Source: Candidatus Sericytochromatia bacterium (GTDB lineage: Bacteria; Cyanobacteriota; Sericytochromatia; S15B-MN24; UBA4093). From it: DNA of 64,000 nucleotides. The position numbers and the translations under genes were made by a program. Location of the stretch: contig JAKFCT010000010.1 of NCBI GenBank assembly GCA_036676495.1, forward strand, positions 55,939 to 119,938, given 5' to 3'. This document shows positions 1 through 9,854 of the stretch, in pieces; position 1 is the first letter of the stretch; each line of letters begins with the position of its first letter. Below the pieces are notes generated by a model. That model made no database searches. It had not been told where the DNA came from and was given only the letters and a program-made list of their open reading frames with translations.

Positions 1-128
1 CGCGCCTCCCGGGGCATGGCCATGGGCGCTATGCGTGTCTGATTGCAGAGGTCACGAGGGATCGCTCGAGTCACGATCAGGCGGCGTAGGCTGTGATGGC
101 CAAGGGAACGTCACAACGGAGGAACCGC

Positions 129-515
129 ATGTCGAACCAAACGGAAGCCGTGGATCGCTTTCTGGGGGCGTTGGAGCATGACTTGAAGGAGGAGATCGCG
201 GCGCTGCGTGCGGAGATCTTGGCCTCCAACCCGGAGATCACCGAGCGCATCAAGTGGAACGCCCCGAGCTTCTGCGATCGGGGCGAGGATCGGGTGACGT
301 TCAAGTTGAACCGGAAGGATCGCGTCCAGCTCGTCTTCCATCGGGGCGCCAAGGTCAAGGACAGCCAGGACTTCGTTTTCGAGGATCCTAGCGGCCTCCT
401 GGTATGGGCAGCCGCCGACCGAGCCGTGGTCACGCTTCAGGAAGCCGCGGAGATGACGGCCAAGCGCGAGGCGCTCGTCGCCGTGGTGAATCACTGGATG
501 GAACGAACCCGCTGA
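129..515 (+). CDS. DUF1801 (YdhG-like) domain protein
   Basis: LRAEILASNPEITERIKWNAPSF motif typical of DUF1801; GGAGG RBS before ATG at 129. Confidence 0.8.
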   Translation: MSNQTEAVDRFLGALEHDLKEEIAALRAEILASNPEITERIKWNAPSFCDRGEDRVTFKLNRKDRVQLVFHRGAKVKDSQDFVFEDPSGLLVWAAADRAVVTLQEAAEMTAKREALVAVVNHWMERTR

Positions 516-569
516 GAGCAGCCTGGGGCGGATCTCAGCGGGAGAGCGAAGCCTGCGAGAGCCGGTCGG

Positions 570-1976
570 CTAGGGGCGATCGTCCCCCGCCGCATCACGC
601 GGGACCACGCGTTCCGCCCCCAACGCAGCAAGCTCGGGAGCAGCCGCCGGGATGGCCGCATCGAGGGCAATCTCGGGCGCCCGGCGCCGGATCGTGATCG
701 CGTAACAGACCGAGGCCACCCCCAGGGTCAGGGTCACCCAGAGGATGGTCAGCGGGTTGGCGATGAGGCTTCCGACCACGCTCCAGCCCACGCCCAGCAG
801 GTAGACGGCAAGGGCGGCCAGCCGCCATCCCGTGATGCCCCCACCCTTGATCTTGAGGATCGCGCTCGCGCTCAAGGCCCCGAAGATGGCCAGGGTGACG
901 CCCACGCCATTGAGCATGGCCTCGAACGTGTTCGAGAGCAGCATGAGGACGGCCACGCCCACGAGCAGGCCGACGGGCCCCACGCCCCCCATACGGCCCG
1001 TGGTCCATTTCGCCCAGGAAGGAAGAAAGCGATCGCGGGCCATGGCGTCGCAGATCCAGGGGCCACTCATGGTCATGGCGATGATGCTCGAGACCAGGAT
1101 CAGGAAGATCATCGCGGAGGCCAGGCGTCCGCCGATCTCTCCGAGCAAGCGCACCGCCACCAGGTGACCGAGGGTGATGGACCCGCCCTCGGACTGGGTC
1201 GCCAGTTGCAGCTCTTGGGGCGAGAGGGTCGTGACGAAGACGAAATTCAAAAGCAGGTACATGAGCGTCACCGCTCCCACGCCCAGCAGCATGGCCCGGG
1301 GAACGTTGCGGACGGGATTCTCCACCTGCGAGGCGAGGTAAACCGCGGCACTCCAGCCGGCGAAGGCGAAACCGACGTAGATCTGGGCGGTGGCGAACGG
1401 CAGGCTCATGATGGCGTTCAGGGTCTGCGAGGTCGGCAAGGCGCGCATCGGCTCGCTGATCCCCGAGAAGAAGGCTCCGCCCAGGAAGACCAAGATGATG
1501 CCGAGCTTGAGCACGAACCCGATGTTCTGGACGATCTCTCCCCACTTCAGTCCCGCGGCCTGCACGGCCCCGAGCCCGAGCAGCACGAAAAGCGCGACGG
1601 GCATGGCGATGGACCGCCCCGTCAGCACCTCGGCGTACGCGCCGGCCGCGAGAGCGGCCATGGCCATGGGCCCCGCGAAGGCGAAGATGAGGGAGACCCA
1701 GCCCGCCACGTAACCGGCCAAGGGATGGAAGAGATCATGCAGGTAGCGGTACTCGCCGCCGTTCAGGGGGATGCGTTGCGCCACCGCGGAATAGCACAGC
1801 GCCCCCGCCGCGGCCAAGAGACCTCCGAGCAGCCAGCTCAGGAGGATGGCCGCCGGATCGAGGTCACTGGCCAGGAACCCGCTGGTGACGAAGACCCCGC
1901 TGCCGATCATCGAGGAGATGACCAGTCCCGTGGCACTGAAGAGTCCGAGAGGCTTGGCGAGACGGGCTGTGGACAT
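570..1976 (-). CDS. APC family amino acid permease (paralog 1)
   Basis: About 12 hydrophobic segments; MIGSGVF and GGEYRYL motifs of APC transporters. Confidence 0.9.
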   Translation of the reverse strand: MSTARLAKPLGLFSATGLVISSMIGSGVFVTSGFLASDLDPAAILLSWLLGGLLAAAGALCYSAVAQRIPLNGGEYRYLHDLFHPLAGYVAGWVSLIFAFAGPMAMAALAAGAYAEVLTGRSIAMPVALFVLLGLGAVQAAGLKWGEIVQNIGFVLKLGIILVFLGGAFFSGISEPMRALPTSQTLNAIMSLPFATAQIYVGFAFAGWSAAVYLASQVENPVRNVPRAMLLGVGAVTLMYLLLNFVFVTTLSPQELQLATQSEGGSITLGHLVAVRLLGEIGGRLASAMIFLILVSSIIAMTMSGPWICDAMARDRFLPSWAKWTTGRMGGVGPVGLLVGVAVLMLLSNTFEAMLNGVGVTLAIFGALSASAILKIKGGGITGWRLAALAVYLLGVGWSVVGSLIANPLTILWVTLTLGVASVCYAITIRRRAPEIALDAAIPAAAPELAALGAERVVPRDAAGDDRP

Positions 1977-2126
1977 TCAGTCCCCTTTCAAAACAACGAC
2001 AAAACCCTTGGTTACTCCATCCTAATGCAGAAAACCACGCTTGGGAGTCACTTCGCGCAGAAATTCATCCCTAGAACAGGATTCCGCGCCGGCAAGACGT
2101 GCTCGACACGGCGATGAGCGGCGGGA

Positions 2127-3191
2127 TCAGAGGAGATGCGCCGGATCGGGCAAGGATCGGCGAAAGGTTACCTTCTTGTGCCAGCGCAGCAGCTTCTGTT
2201 CGCCGACCGCAATCTGTTGCGGCTTGAGCGTCGCGTTGAGCGCCTTGAGGGCCGTCTGGGCCTCCACATGGTTCTGAGCGGCGGCAAGCCCGAACCAGAA
2301 GTAGGCCGTGGACGGGTCCCGCTCGACATGGTTTCCGAAGTTGTAGGCCGTGCCGAGCGCGTACTGAGCCTCCGCATGCCCTTCTTCTCCCGCCTTCTGG
2401 TACCAACTCAACGCTTCTTTGCCGTCGAGGGGAACCCCGAACCCCATGGCGTGCATGTAACCGATGAGGAACATGGCGTCCGGATGATGATGTCGAGCGG
2501 CCTTGAGGAAGAGGGCATGAGCCATTGCGTAGTCCAAGGGGACACTCTGGGCATTGGCATAGAGTAAGGCCAGTTGGTAGTGCGCCTCCGCCAGATCTTG
2601 ATCGCTTGCCTTCCGGTAGTACTCCCTCGCCGCGGCGAGGTCTTGCGGAACCCCCTCCCCGCGGTGATACAGAAGGCCCAGATTCAGTTCCCCGTAGGCA
2701 TGCCCCGCCTCTGCGGCCAATCGGTACCAACGGGCAGCTTGCGAAAAGTCCTTGTCGAGCCCCTCGCCGTTTTCGTACATCCAGCCCAGGTAGACCTGGG
2801 CTGGCGGGAAGTTTTGCTGAGCAGCCAAGCGGAACCACGCTGCGGCGGCCGCTTCGTTCCGCTCCATGCCTTCGCCATCGTAGTAGACGACGCCCACATT
2901 GAACTGAGCCTCCGCGTTTCCTTGCTCCGCAGCCCGCTCCATCAAATCGAAGGCTTGAAGGAAGTCCGAATGCGACGAGAACTGAGCCGAGCCGAGGCTG
3001 AACGTGGCGACGTCCTCAGCGGGCTCACCGGCCAGCGTTCGATTTTCACTGCCGGGGGCAAGGAGCAAGTTGCCTAGCGGTTTTACCCACGCGCCTCCAT
3101 GTCCGAGACCCAGCCAGACCGAAGCGGCGACTCCGAGCAGGGCAGTGCCCCCTATGAGCAACCAAGCGCGAGGTTGAATCACCTGGACCAT
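2127..3191 (-). CDS. Sel1-like repeat protein with N-terminal membrane anchor
   Basis: Repeated AQxxLGxxYxxGxGV..D...A..WY..AA units; start codon uncertain (ORF open to 3326). Confidence 0.85.
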   Translation of the reverse strand: MVQVIQPRAWLLIGGTALLGVAASVWLGLGHGGAWVKPLGNLLLAPGSENRTLAGEPAEDVATFSLGSAQFSSHSDFLQAFDLMERAAEQGNAEAQFNVGVVYYDGEGMERNEAAAAAWFRLAAQQNFPPAQVYLGWMYENGEGLDKDFSQAARWYRLAAEAGHAYGELNLGLLYHRGEGVPQDLAAAREYYRKASDQDLAEAHYQLALLYANAQSVPLDYAMAHALFLKAARHHHPDAMFLIGYMHAMGFGVPLDGKEALSWYQKAGEEGHAEAQYALGTAYNFGNHVERDPSTAYFWFGLAAAQNHVEAQTALKALNATLKPQQIAVGEQKLLRWHKKVTFRRSLPDPAHLL

Positions 3192-3374
3192 TCCTTGACG
3201 ATTGAGGGCTCGAGCGGAAGGGAGGCCTGCACGCATCCTGGCTCGCCCGGCGTTGAATCCCGTCCGCTCCGGCTGAGCAAGCAACCCTTGGAATGATAAC
3301 ACGCATCCGCTGACTTTCCAGCTCAAAAACCTGGGCCCTACCGCGCGCAGGAGCCGGTTTTCAGGGCTCGGGGC

Positions 3375-4289
3375 TCACGCCATTTGAGGCGTCATGGCGA
3401 CGAAGCCCTGCAGCAGGGCTGCCACCTGCTCCGGGTGCTCCCACATGGGGAAGTGCCCGCAGGGATCCAGGGCCACGAGTCGCGCGTCCGGATGATGCTC
3501 GGCCGCCGCGTGGAAGAGGTCGATCGGGAAGAGGGGATCCTGCGCGCCGGCCACCATCATGATCGGGAAGGTCGCGTCCTTGAGGCGCTCGCGGTAGAGC
3601 GCGCTCGCGCCCGGCGTGAAATAGGCCTGGTTGGAGCGCATGGTGCTCAGGAAGGCCTGACGATGATACGCGTCGGCGATCACCTCGCAGCCCTGGCGCA
3701 GGACCTCCTTGAGGCGATCGCCCCCCACCTGCGGGAGGTCATGGAAGAGCGTCTCGTAATAGCGGCGAATCCCCCAGGGGTGCTCGACGCCGAGCAGCGG
3801 CGTGGCCATCAGCATGGCTTCCCCGAGCACCGGACGCAAGAAGGGTTGGAACAGCTCGGGAATCGGGACGTTCACCCAGACGGGCGGGACGCCGACGGTG
3901 GCGAGGCCCGCCACGCGGTGCGGGTTCATCAGGGCATACGAGCTGCCGATGAGACCGCCCATCGAATGGGCGACGATCGTGACCCGATCGAGGCCGAGGG
4001 CGGCCAAAAAGCTGTCCAGGAAGCGGTGATAGAACGCGAGGGTGTAGGCCGTGAGCGGCCGATCGGACTCGCCCCAGCCCGGGAAATCAGGCGCGAGGGT
4101 GCGTGCGTGGGCCGACAAGGCGACCTGGGTATCCCACCAGAACACGTTGCCGGCGGAGACCGCCCCGTGCAACAGCAGCACCGGAGGGCCGTCGCCCGCC
4201 TCGGTATACGTGATCCGGACCCCGTCGAGGACCACCTCGCGCTGGCACAAACCCTGACAACGAGATGATTCGCCGCCCTCAAAACGCAT
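3375..4289 (-). CDS. alpha/beta fold hydrolase
   Basis: LLLHG, PDFPGWG, AHSMGG nucleophile elbow, C-terminal GHFP. Confidence 0.9.
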   Translation of the reverse strand: MRFEGGESSRCQGLCQREVVLDGVRITYTEAGDGPPVLLLHGAVSAGNVFWWDTQVALSAHARTLAPDFPGWGESDRPLTAYTLAFYHRFLDSFLAALGLDRVTIVAHSMGGLIGSSYALMNPHRVAGLATVGVPPVWVNVPIPELFQPFLRPVLGEAMLMATPLLGVEHPWGIRRYYETLFHDLPQVGGDRLKEVLRQGCEVIADAYHRQAFLSTMRSNQAYFTPGASALYRERLKDATFPIMMVAGAQDPLFPIDLFHAAAEHHPDARLVALDPCGHFPMWEHPEQVAALLQGFVAMTPQMA

Positions 4290-4601
4290 CCCTACCCCCT
4301 TTCCGCCTACGCTGTCTTTTTATACCTCCTCCAAAGCGCTTGGGACACGTCAGCTTGGACGGCAATCGGCCTGTACGGGGCGGCTTACGCCGGATCCTCA
4401 TGGGATGAGCGAGGGTCCTTCGCACAACGGAAGCTCAGAGGCCTCCAGGATCCAAGGGCCGTACCGAGCCCTTCGGGTCCGCATGGCCGCGGGACGAAAC
4501 TTTGAGCCCCAGGAAGCCGATAAGGTACGGATGAGCAGGAAAAATGTCCTTTTGGCAACTCGTGTCATCCCCCCGAGCCTTGAGAACTAGAGGATCCAAC
4601 C

Positions 4602-5027
4602 GTGCCCAGTCTTGAAATCACCATGCCGCGCGTCGCCCCCGCGACCAAGCGGCGGCTCGCCGAGACCCTTACCCAAGCATTCGCTGAGACGACGACCTTC
4701 GAGCCCGAGATCTTCGGGATCTCGTTTCGCGAGTACGACCTCGAGGAAGCTGCGCATGGGGGCAAGCTCTGGGACGGCAGCGGGATTCCCCATCTGCACT
4801 TCCTGCTCTGTATCCCCCGGATCTCCCGTGCGACCAAGCAAAAGCTCGCCGAGACGCTTTCCCGGGTCTTCGGTGAGGGCATCGGCAACCCGGACTGGAC
4901 GCCGATCATCCACATCAACGAGCACCCCTACGACAATATCGTCGTCAGCGGAAAGCTCCTCACGGATCTGCACCCGCCGCTGGCGACACTTCCCTTCTAC
5001 TACCCGACGACGGATCGCGAGCCCTGA
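4602..5027 (+). CDS. tautomerase superfamily protein (fused 4-OT-like / cis-CaaD-like)
   Basis: Pro directly after the initiator; two internal ATKxxLAETL units. Confidence 0.7.
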   Translation: MPSLEITMPRVAPATKRRLAETLTQAFAETTTFEPEIFGISFREYDLEEAAHGGKLWDGSGIPHLHFLLCIPRISRATKQKLAETLSRVFGEGIGNPDWTPIIHINEHPYDNIVVSGKLLTDLHPPLATLPFYYPTTDREP

Positions 5028-5295
5028 AGGGCTCAGTGACAGGTGAGCGGCCTTGCGCCCTTCCAACGACGGCGCGCCAGCTTCGACGAGAGCGCGGGCC
5101 ATGTGCGGATAGCCGAGGGGTGTGGACGAAAAACCGACGAGATCGGTAACTGATACGGACGTAAGAACAAGGCCCCGGAGTTACCTTGAAGCTGTGAGGA
5201 GTGAGACCTGAAACGAGTGAAGCGAAGGACGGTTAACACCCTTCGAGGCGACACCGCCACGCAGTTGATTTTGTGAACAGGTCAACAGCCCCTCC

Positions 5296-5326
5296 GGCCC
5301 CCGCCATCCGCGCGGGGGCCTCTTCC
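5296..5326. terminator. GC-rich hairpin between convergent genes
   Basis: ggcccccgc...gcgggggcc followed by tcttcc. Confidence 0.45.
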
Positions 5327-5445
5327 ATTGAACCTCTTCAAAAGCCTTTCTTCCCACCTCGGATCGCCGTCAGGAGGCCTGAACGTCGGGCGATCTGGCT
5401 CAGGGAAATCCCGGAACGCGCTCAGAGTAGGCACGATCTCCCGGA

Positions 5446-6798
5446 TTAAACGTCGGCGGTCGTGGAGAGCGTGGGATCGTGGGGAACGACTTCAGTGGCG
5501 CGGCGCCAGCGGGCCGTGGCGAAGTATGCGATCGTGGCCGCGCCCAGGGTCAGGACGGTCCAGAGAAGCGCCATCGGAAAGGCGATGAGGCTTCCGATCA
5601 CGCTCCAGATCACTCCCAGCAAGTTGACGACCAGGGCCAGTAGGATCCCCTTCGAGATCGCCTTTCCCTTGATCTTAAGGACCGCGCTGGAGCTCAAGGC
5701 GCCAAAGAGGGCCAGGGTGACGCCCACGGCGTTCAGCATGACCTCGAAGGTGTTGGAGAGCAGCAGGATCACGGCCATCCCCGCGAGCAGCCCGACAGGG
5801 CCCGCACCGCCCCAGCGACCCTCGCGCCAACGCGCCCAGGACGGGAGGTAGCGATCACGGGCCATGGCGTCAGCGATCCAGGGTCCGGCCATGGCCATGG
5901 CAATGATGACCGAGACCAGGATCAGGAAGATCATGCCAGACGCCAGGCGGCCGCCGAAATCGCCCAGCAGGCGCAAAGCGACGAGGTGGCCGAGCGTGAG
6001 GGCTCCGCCTTCGGACTGCGTGGCGTGCTGCAGCTCCGCGGGCGAGAGGGCGGTCACGAAGACGAAATTCAAGAGCATGTACATGAGCGTGACGGAGCCA
6101 AGCCCGAGAAACATCGCACGAGGAACGTTCTTGACGGGGTCCTTCACCTGGGAGGCGAGATAGACCGTCATACTCCAGCCCGTGAAGGCGAAGCCGACGT
6201 AGTTCTGCGCGGTGGCAAAGGGAACGCTCGTGATCGCACTGAGGGTCTGAAGCGTGGGCAGGGCGCGCGAGGGCTCCGTGATGCCCGAGAACAACGCTCC
6301 TGCGAGGAAAACTAGGATGATCCCGAGCTTGAGCAAGACCCCGATATTCTGGACGAGTTCCCCCCACTTGAGCCCGCCGGCCTGAACCGCACTAACGGCC
6401 AGTAGGACGAGCAGGCCGATGGGCATGGCGATCGCCCGGCCCGTGAGCACCTCGGCATAAGCACCGGCGGCCACGGCGGCCAAGGCCATGGGAGCGGCAA
6501 AGCCGAAGATCAGGATGATCCAGCCTGCCAGGTAACCGGCAATGGGGTGGTAGAGGTCGTGGAGGTAGCGGTACTCTCCGCCACTCTGGGGGAGGTGGGC
6601 AGCGACCGCAGAGTAGCAAATGGCTCCGCAGGCGGCCAGGAGGCCTCCCAGCAGCCAACTCAAGAGAATGGCGGCGGGATCGAGGTCATGGGCCAGGAAG
6701 CCGCTGGTGATGAAGACTCCGCTGCCTATCATCGACGAGATGACCAGTCCGGTGGCACTGAACAGTCCAAGCGGCGCGGTGAGACGGGCGGTGGACAT
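5446..6798 (-). CDS. APC family amino acid permease (paralog 2)
   Basis: Collinear with and highly similar to 570-1976 (MSTARL..PLGLFSATGLVISSMIGSGVF). Confidence 0.9.
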   Translation of the reverse strand: MSTARLTAPLGLFSATGLVISSMIGSGVFITSGFLAHDLDPAAILLSWLLGGLLAACGAICYSAVAAHLPQSGGEYRYLHDLYHPIAGYLAGWIILIFGFAAPMALAAVAAGAYAEVLTGRAIAMPIGLLVLLAVSAVQAGGLKWGELVQNIGVLLKLGIILVFLAGALFSGITEPSRALPTLQTLSAITSVPFATAQNYVGFAFTGWSMTVYLASQVKDPVKNVPRAMFLGLGSVTLMYMLLNFVFVTALSPAELQHATQSEGGALTLGHLVALRLLGDFGGRLASGMIFLILVSVIIAMAMAGPWIADAMARDRYLPSWARWREGRWGGAGPVGLLAGMAVILLLSNTFEVMLNAVGVTLALFGALSSSAVLKIKGKAISKGILLALVVNLLGVIWSVIGSLIAFPMALLWTVLTLGAATIAYFATARWRRATEVVPHDPTLSTTADV

Positions 6799-6933
6799 TC
6801 AGCCCCCTTTCAAAACAGCATCGAAATCACGGTATTCCCCAATCCTAGAGCACGAACGCCTGGCTATGCCACTAACAGGGGGAAATATGGCGGTTGTTTT
6901 CGCAGCCTTGTTAGGTTTTAAAAGCCTCCGGCC

Positions 6934-7042
6934 GAGACCTTCGACGGCTCGCAAAACAAAGCTGACGGGATGCAAGTTGCGCACGTCAGGTAAAGTGCCC
7001 TTGAGGGGATGCCAATCGATCTTTCTTCACCAAGCTATGCGA
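6934..7042. repeat. att-like junction repeat copy A (hairpin + tRNA-3'-end-like core + arm)
   Basis: ctgacgggatgcaagttgcgcacgtcag...gtgcccttgaggggat aligns with 11471-11577 and 13406-13468. Confidence 0.65.
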
Positions 7043-7226
7043 TCGAGAGAGCATTGGTAGGTGTTCCTTGGCCCGAAGAGCTGAAGCGAGTGCATTTGTA
7101 AGCTGGAAAACCAACGGGTCCTGTATGATAGGGGAGCCTCGTAACGCGGCGCAGTTTGAGCCTCGCCTCTCTCCTTGCTCGCGGGGTGAGCCAACGTGTC
7201 ATGCTCTCATAACAAGGAGTCCGCAG

Positions 7227-8117
7227 GTGTCAAAATTGCGCTTCAAGCTAGCAGGATCTATCCTCCTGGCTTGCCTGCTCTTCCTGGCAGGATGGGCATT
7301 CTGGTTTGAGCCCCGTGTCCTTGTAGCCAGAGAAGCGGCTCTCGACGTGCCACGCTGGAACCCCGCCCATGAGGGGCTCCGTGTTGCACTCTTGGCAGAC
7401 CTCCATATCGGCTCCCCACAACATGGCATTGCGAAGTTGCGCGAGATCGTCGCCCGAGTGAACCAGGCAGAGCCCGATGTCATTCTGCTTCTGGGCGATT
7501 TCGTCATTCAAGGCGTGAGAGGCGGAACTTTCGTCCCCCCTGAGGAAGCAGCAGTCGAGCTCTCCAAGCTTCGAGCCCCGTACGGGAAATTTGGGGTCTT
7601 GGGCAACCACGATTGGTGGTTGGACGGCCCAAGAGTCGCCGCGGCGCTCGAGAGCGCAGGCGTCACGATGCTGGAGAACACCTCCACGAAGCTGACCATA
7701 AACGGTCAACCGCTGTGGCTTGCTGGTGTCAGCGACTACGTCGCAAGCCAACCCGACTTGAATTCAGCTCTCAGAGGGATCCCTGAGGATCACCCCGTCC
7801 TCTTGCTGAGCCACAATCCGGATTTTTTCCCGCACGTTCCTCAGCGGGTTTCCCTCACGGTCTCGGGGCATACCCATGGCGGCCAAGTCAATCTGCCGTT
7901 CATTGGTCGGCCCGTCGTTCCTTCCGCATTCGGCGAACGCTTTGCAGCTGGCCATGTCGTGGAGAACGGCCGACATCTCTACGTGTCTACCGGAACCGGA
8001 ACCAGTATCTTGCCTGGTCGGTTCCGAGTGCCGCCAGAATGGGGGGTGCTGACGCTTCGCCCCCTTGGACAGGTTCAATCCACCAAACCGTCTTCATCGG
8101 CGAGAATCGTCCGGTAG
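7227..8117 (+). CDS. metallophosphoesterase (calcineurin-like, YkuE/YaeI type)
   Basis: ADLH, GDF, GNHD, SHNPD, GHTHGGQ motifs; N-terminal TM; AAGGAG RBS before GTG 7227. Confidence 0.9.
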   Translation: MSKLRFKLAGSILLACLLFLAGWAFWFEPRVLVAREAALDVPRWNPAHEGLRVALLADLHIGSPQHGIAKLREIVARVNQAEPDVILLLGDFVIQGVRGGTFVPPEEAAVELSKLRAPYGKFGVLGNHDWWLDGPRVAAALESAGVTMLENTSTKLTINGQPLWLAGVSDYVASQPDLNSALRGIPEDHPVLLLSHNPDFFPHVPQRVSLTVSGHTHGGQVNLPFIGRPVVPSAFGERFAAGHVVENGRHLYVSTGTGTSILPGRFRVPPEWGVLTLRPLGQVQSTKPSSSARIVR

Positions 8118-8182
8118 CGGATCTAATCATGTAGGCCGAAACGATGTGCTTTAGATAACTTCGACCTAAGCACTACTGACAC

Positions 8183-8217
8183 GATAGTTCCTCTAACCTC
8201 TTAACCACGTTAACCGA
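8183..8217. repeat. partial junction repeat copy D (arm only)
   Basis: gatagt...cttaaccacgttaaccga matches gatagt...cttaaccatgttaaccga at 11543-11577. Confidence 0.55.
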
Positions 8218-8416
8218 GAAGGTCATCAGGTCCACACCGTGACGCTCGCGAGCAATAAAAGAAAATATCCCGAAACCTACAAGAAAATATCAAAAAAGAA
8301 CTGAGTCACATCGGGTATAAGGTCAACTAGACGATTGGCAGCAGACATGCTCGTTCCTGGAGCGTGTCAAAAGCTATGCGCCGTTTCTCGACATATTCTA
8401 CTAAGAGATCAAGCAA

Positions 8417-8863
8417 TTGAAGAATTGTAGCGAACCATGCACCTTCTGCCAGATCATTAACAAAGAAGCGCCAGCGAGTCTCGTCTTTGAAGATGAAGAC
8501 ATCATTTCATTCCTAGATTTGGCCCCCGTAAACGCTGGACATCTCTTAGTGCTGCCGAAGCAGCATGCGTTTTCTTTGTCAGACTTGGATGAGCGTATTA
8601 GCCTTCGTGTATTCGAGATAGCGCTGCAGTTGTCGAGAGTACTTCGAGATTCCGAGCAGGACTGGGAGGGGATGAACCTACATCTCGCGGAAGGGGAAGC
8701 TGCCGAGCAAGGTATTCCTCACGCCCATTTGCACGTGATCCCACGTAGACAGGGGGATGCGGTCAAAATCCATCTACCGTGTCTGCGGTCGCCTAAACGC
8801 GAAGAGCTCGACTCGCTCGCCTCACGTTTACGCCAAGGGCATCAAGTCATGAGGAATCGCTAG
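8417..8863 (+). CDS. HIT family hydrolase
   Basis: CTFCQII, GHLLVLPKQH and HAHLHVIPR histidine triad. Confidence 0.9.
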   Translation: MKNCSEPCTFCQIINKEAPASLVFEDEDIISFLDLAPVNAGHLLVLPKQHAFSLSDLDERISLRVFEIALQLSRVLRDSEQDWEGMNLHLAEGEAAEQGIPHAHLHVIPRRQGDAVKIHLPCLRSPKREELDSLASRLRQGHQVMRNR

Positions 8864-8898
8864 AGACGAGCAAGTTCGCATTTGTGAGGAGGACTACA

Positions 8899-9549
8899 TT
8901 GAAAAGTATTCGTTCCATCCTACTTGCTGGTGCGATCTGCAGCTTGATCCAAGGCCCAGCCCTGGCCTACGAGCTGGTATTCGATGTCGATTCGCGTTAC
9001 AACAACCTTGCTCGGGTAGCAAGTGCCTCAAAGGTGGTGGAGCTTGCCGTTACGAACCCTTATCATCCGGAGGCTCTGCTGAAGTCCTCGGGGCGTTTCC
9101 AGTATACTTTCACCCCGATGGTGCCGGTTCAGGACCAAGACAACGGCGTCACGATGACGCGCCATGGCCAGATCTTTAAAATTACTCCGCTGGACGCCGA
9201 GGGAAGACCTATTGGACTTGGCTCGACCTCCGTGAGCGTGGTTCCTCGCCAAGTCTTCAACGGCGCTACGGTCAAGAGCTTGCTAACACCTGCGAGTGGC
9301 CTCGTGGCATCGGCGTTGGCTGGCTACTACTCAGGAAGCCAGCTTTCCCCAAATGCCACGGCCGGAGCGAACATGGTTAATGCAACGGCGCTCGTGGCTT
9401 CGGTGCTAAGCTTGGTAGCCCATGGGATGACTACCTGGGAGATAATTACCGCCAGTTACCAGTATGACGAACGCTACGTCTTCGAAGCCAGACCCAGCCA
9501 AGATCAGGCTAGTGGCATAAGGTTCACGCGGCGGCTGAGCAGCAACTAG
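8899..9549 (+). CDS. hypothetical secreted/membrane protein
   Basis: AGGAGG RBS before TTG; signal peptide ending ALA; two hydrophobic segments near the C-terminus. Confidence 0.6.
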   Translation: MKSIRSILLAGAICSLIQGPALAYELVFDVDSRYNNLARVASASKVVELAVTNPYHPEALLKSSGRFQYTFTPMVPVQDQDNGVTMTRHGQIFKITPLDAEGRPIGLGSTSVSVVPRQVFNGATVKSLLTPASGLVASALAGYYSGSQLSPNATAGANMVNATALVASVLSLVAHGMTTWEIITASYQYDERYVFEARPSQDQASGIRFTRRLSSN

Positions 9550-9558
9550 GAGGTTCAC

Positions 9559-9717
9559 ATGCATGGCACTGGTAAGAAACCGGACGTAGAGGGCGGCTGC
9601 ATGGGCACTTTTGCCCTGCAAGAATGTAATGGTTGCGGCCACGATAATTGTGTGAACGCCAGTTGGAAAACGTGGACCTGTTGGTCATGCAACCATCATA
9701 ACCACATCGGCCGTTGA
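9559..9717 (+). CDS. 52-aa zinc-ribbon-like microprotein (not in ORF track)
   Basis: GGAGG RBS; MHGTGKKPDVEGGCMGTFALQECNGCGHDNCVNASWKTWTCWSCNHHNHIGR with CNGC and CWSC. Confidence 0.55.
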   Translation: MHGTGKKPDVEGGCMGTFALQECNGCGHDNCVNASWKTWTCWSCNHHNHIGR

Positions 9718-9854
9718 ATTTCCTTTGAACCGCTCCTCAAGGAACCTAACCCCACAGGAGTTCAGCCGAAAGACCAATTACATGGAGTGAGACAGAAGCT
9801 TTAGGCGACTCTATTACTGGTGTCAGGTCAGGCCTATAATAGACAATGAATATA

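Noticed and set aside
5150-5215. ctgata…gaaac resembling a hammerhead ribozyme core
   Set aside because: The CUGANGA core is not matched and I could not find the required stems.
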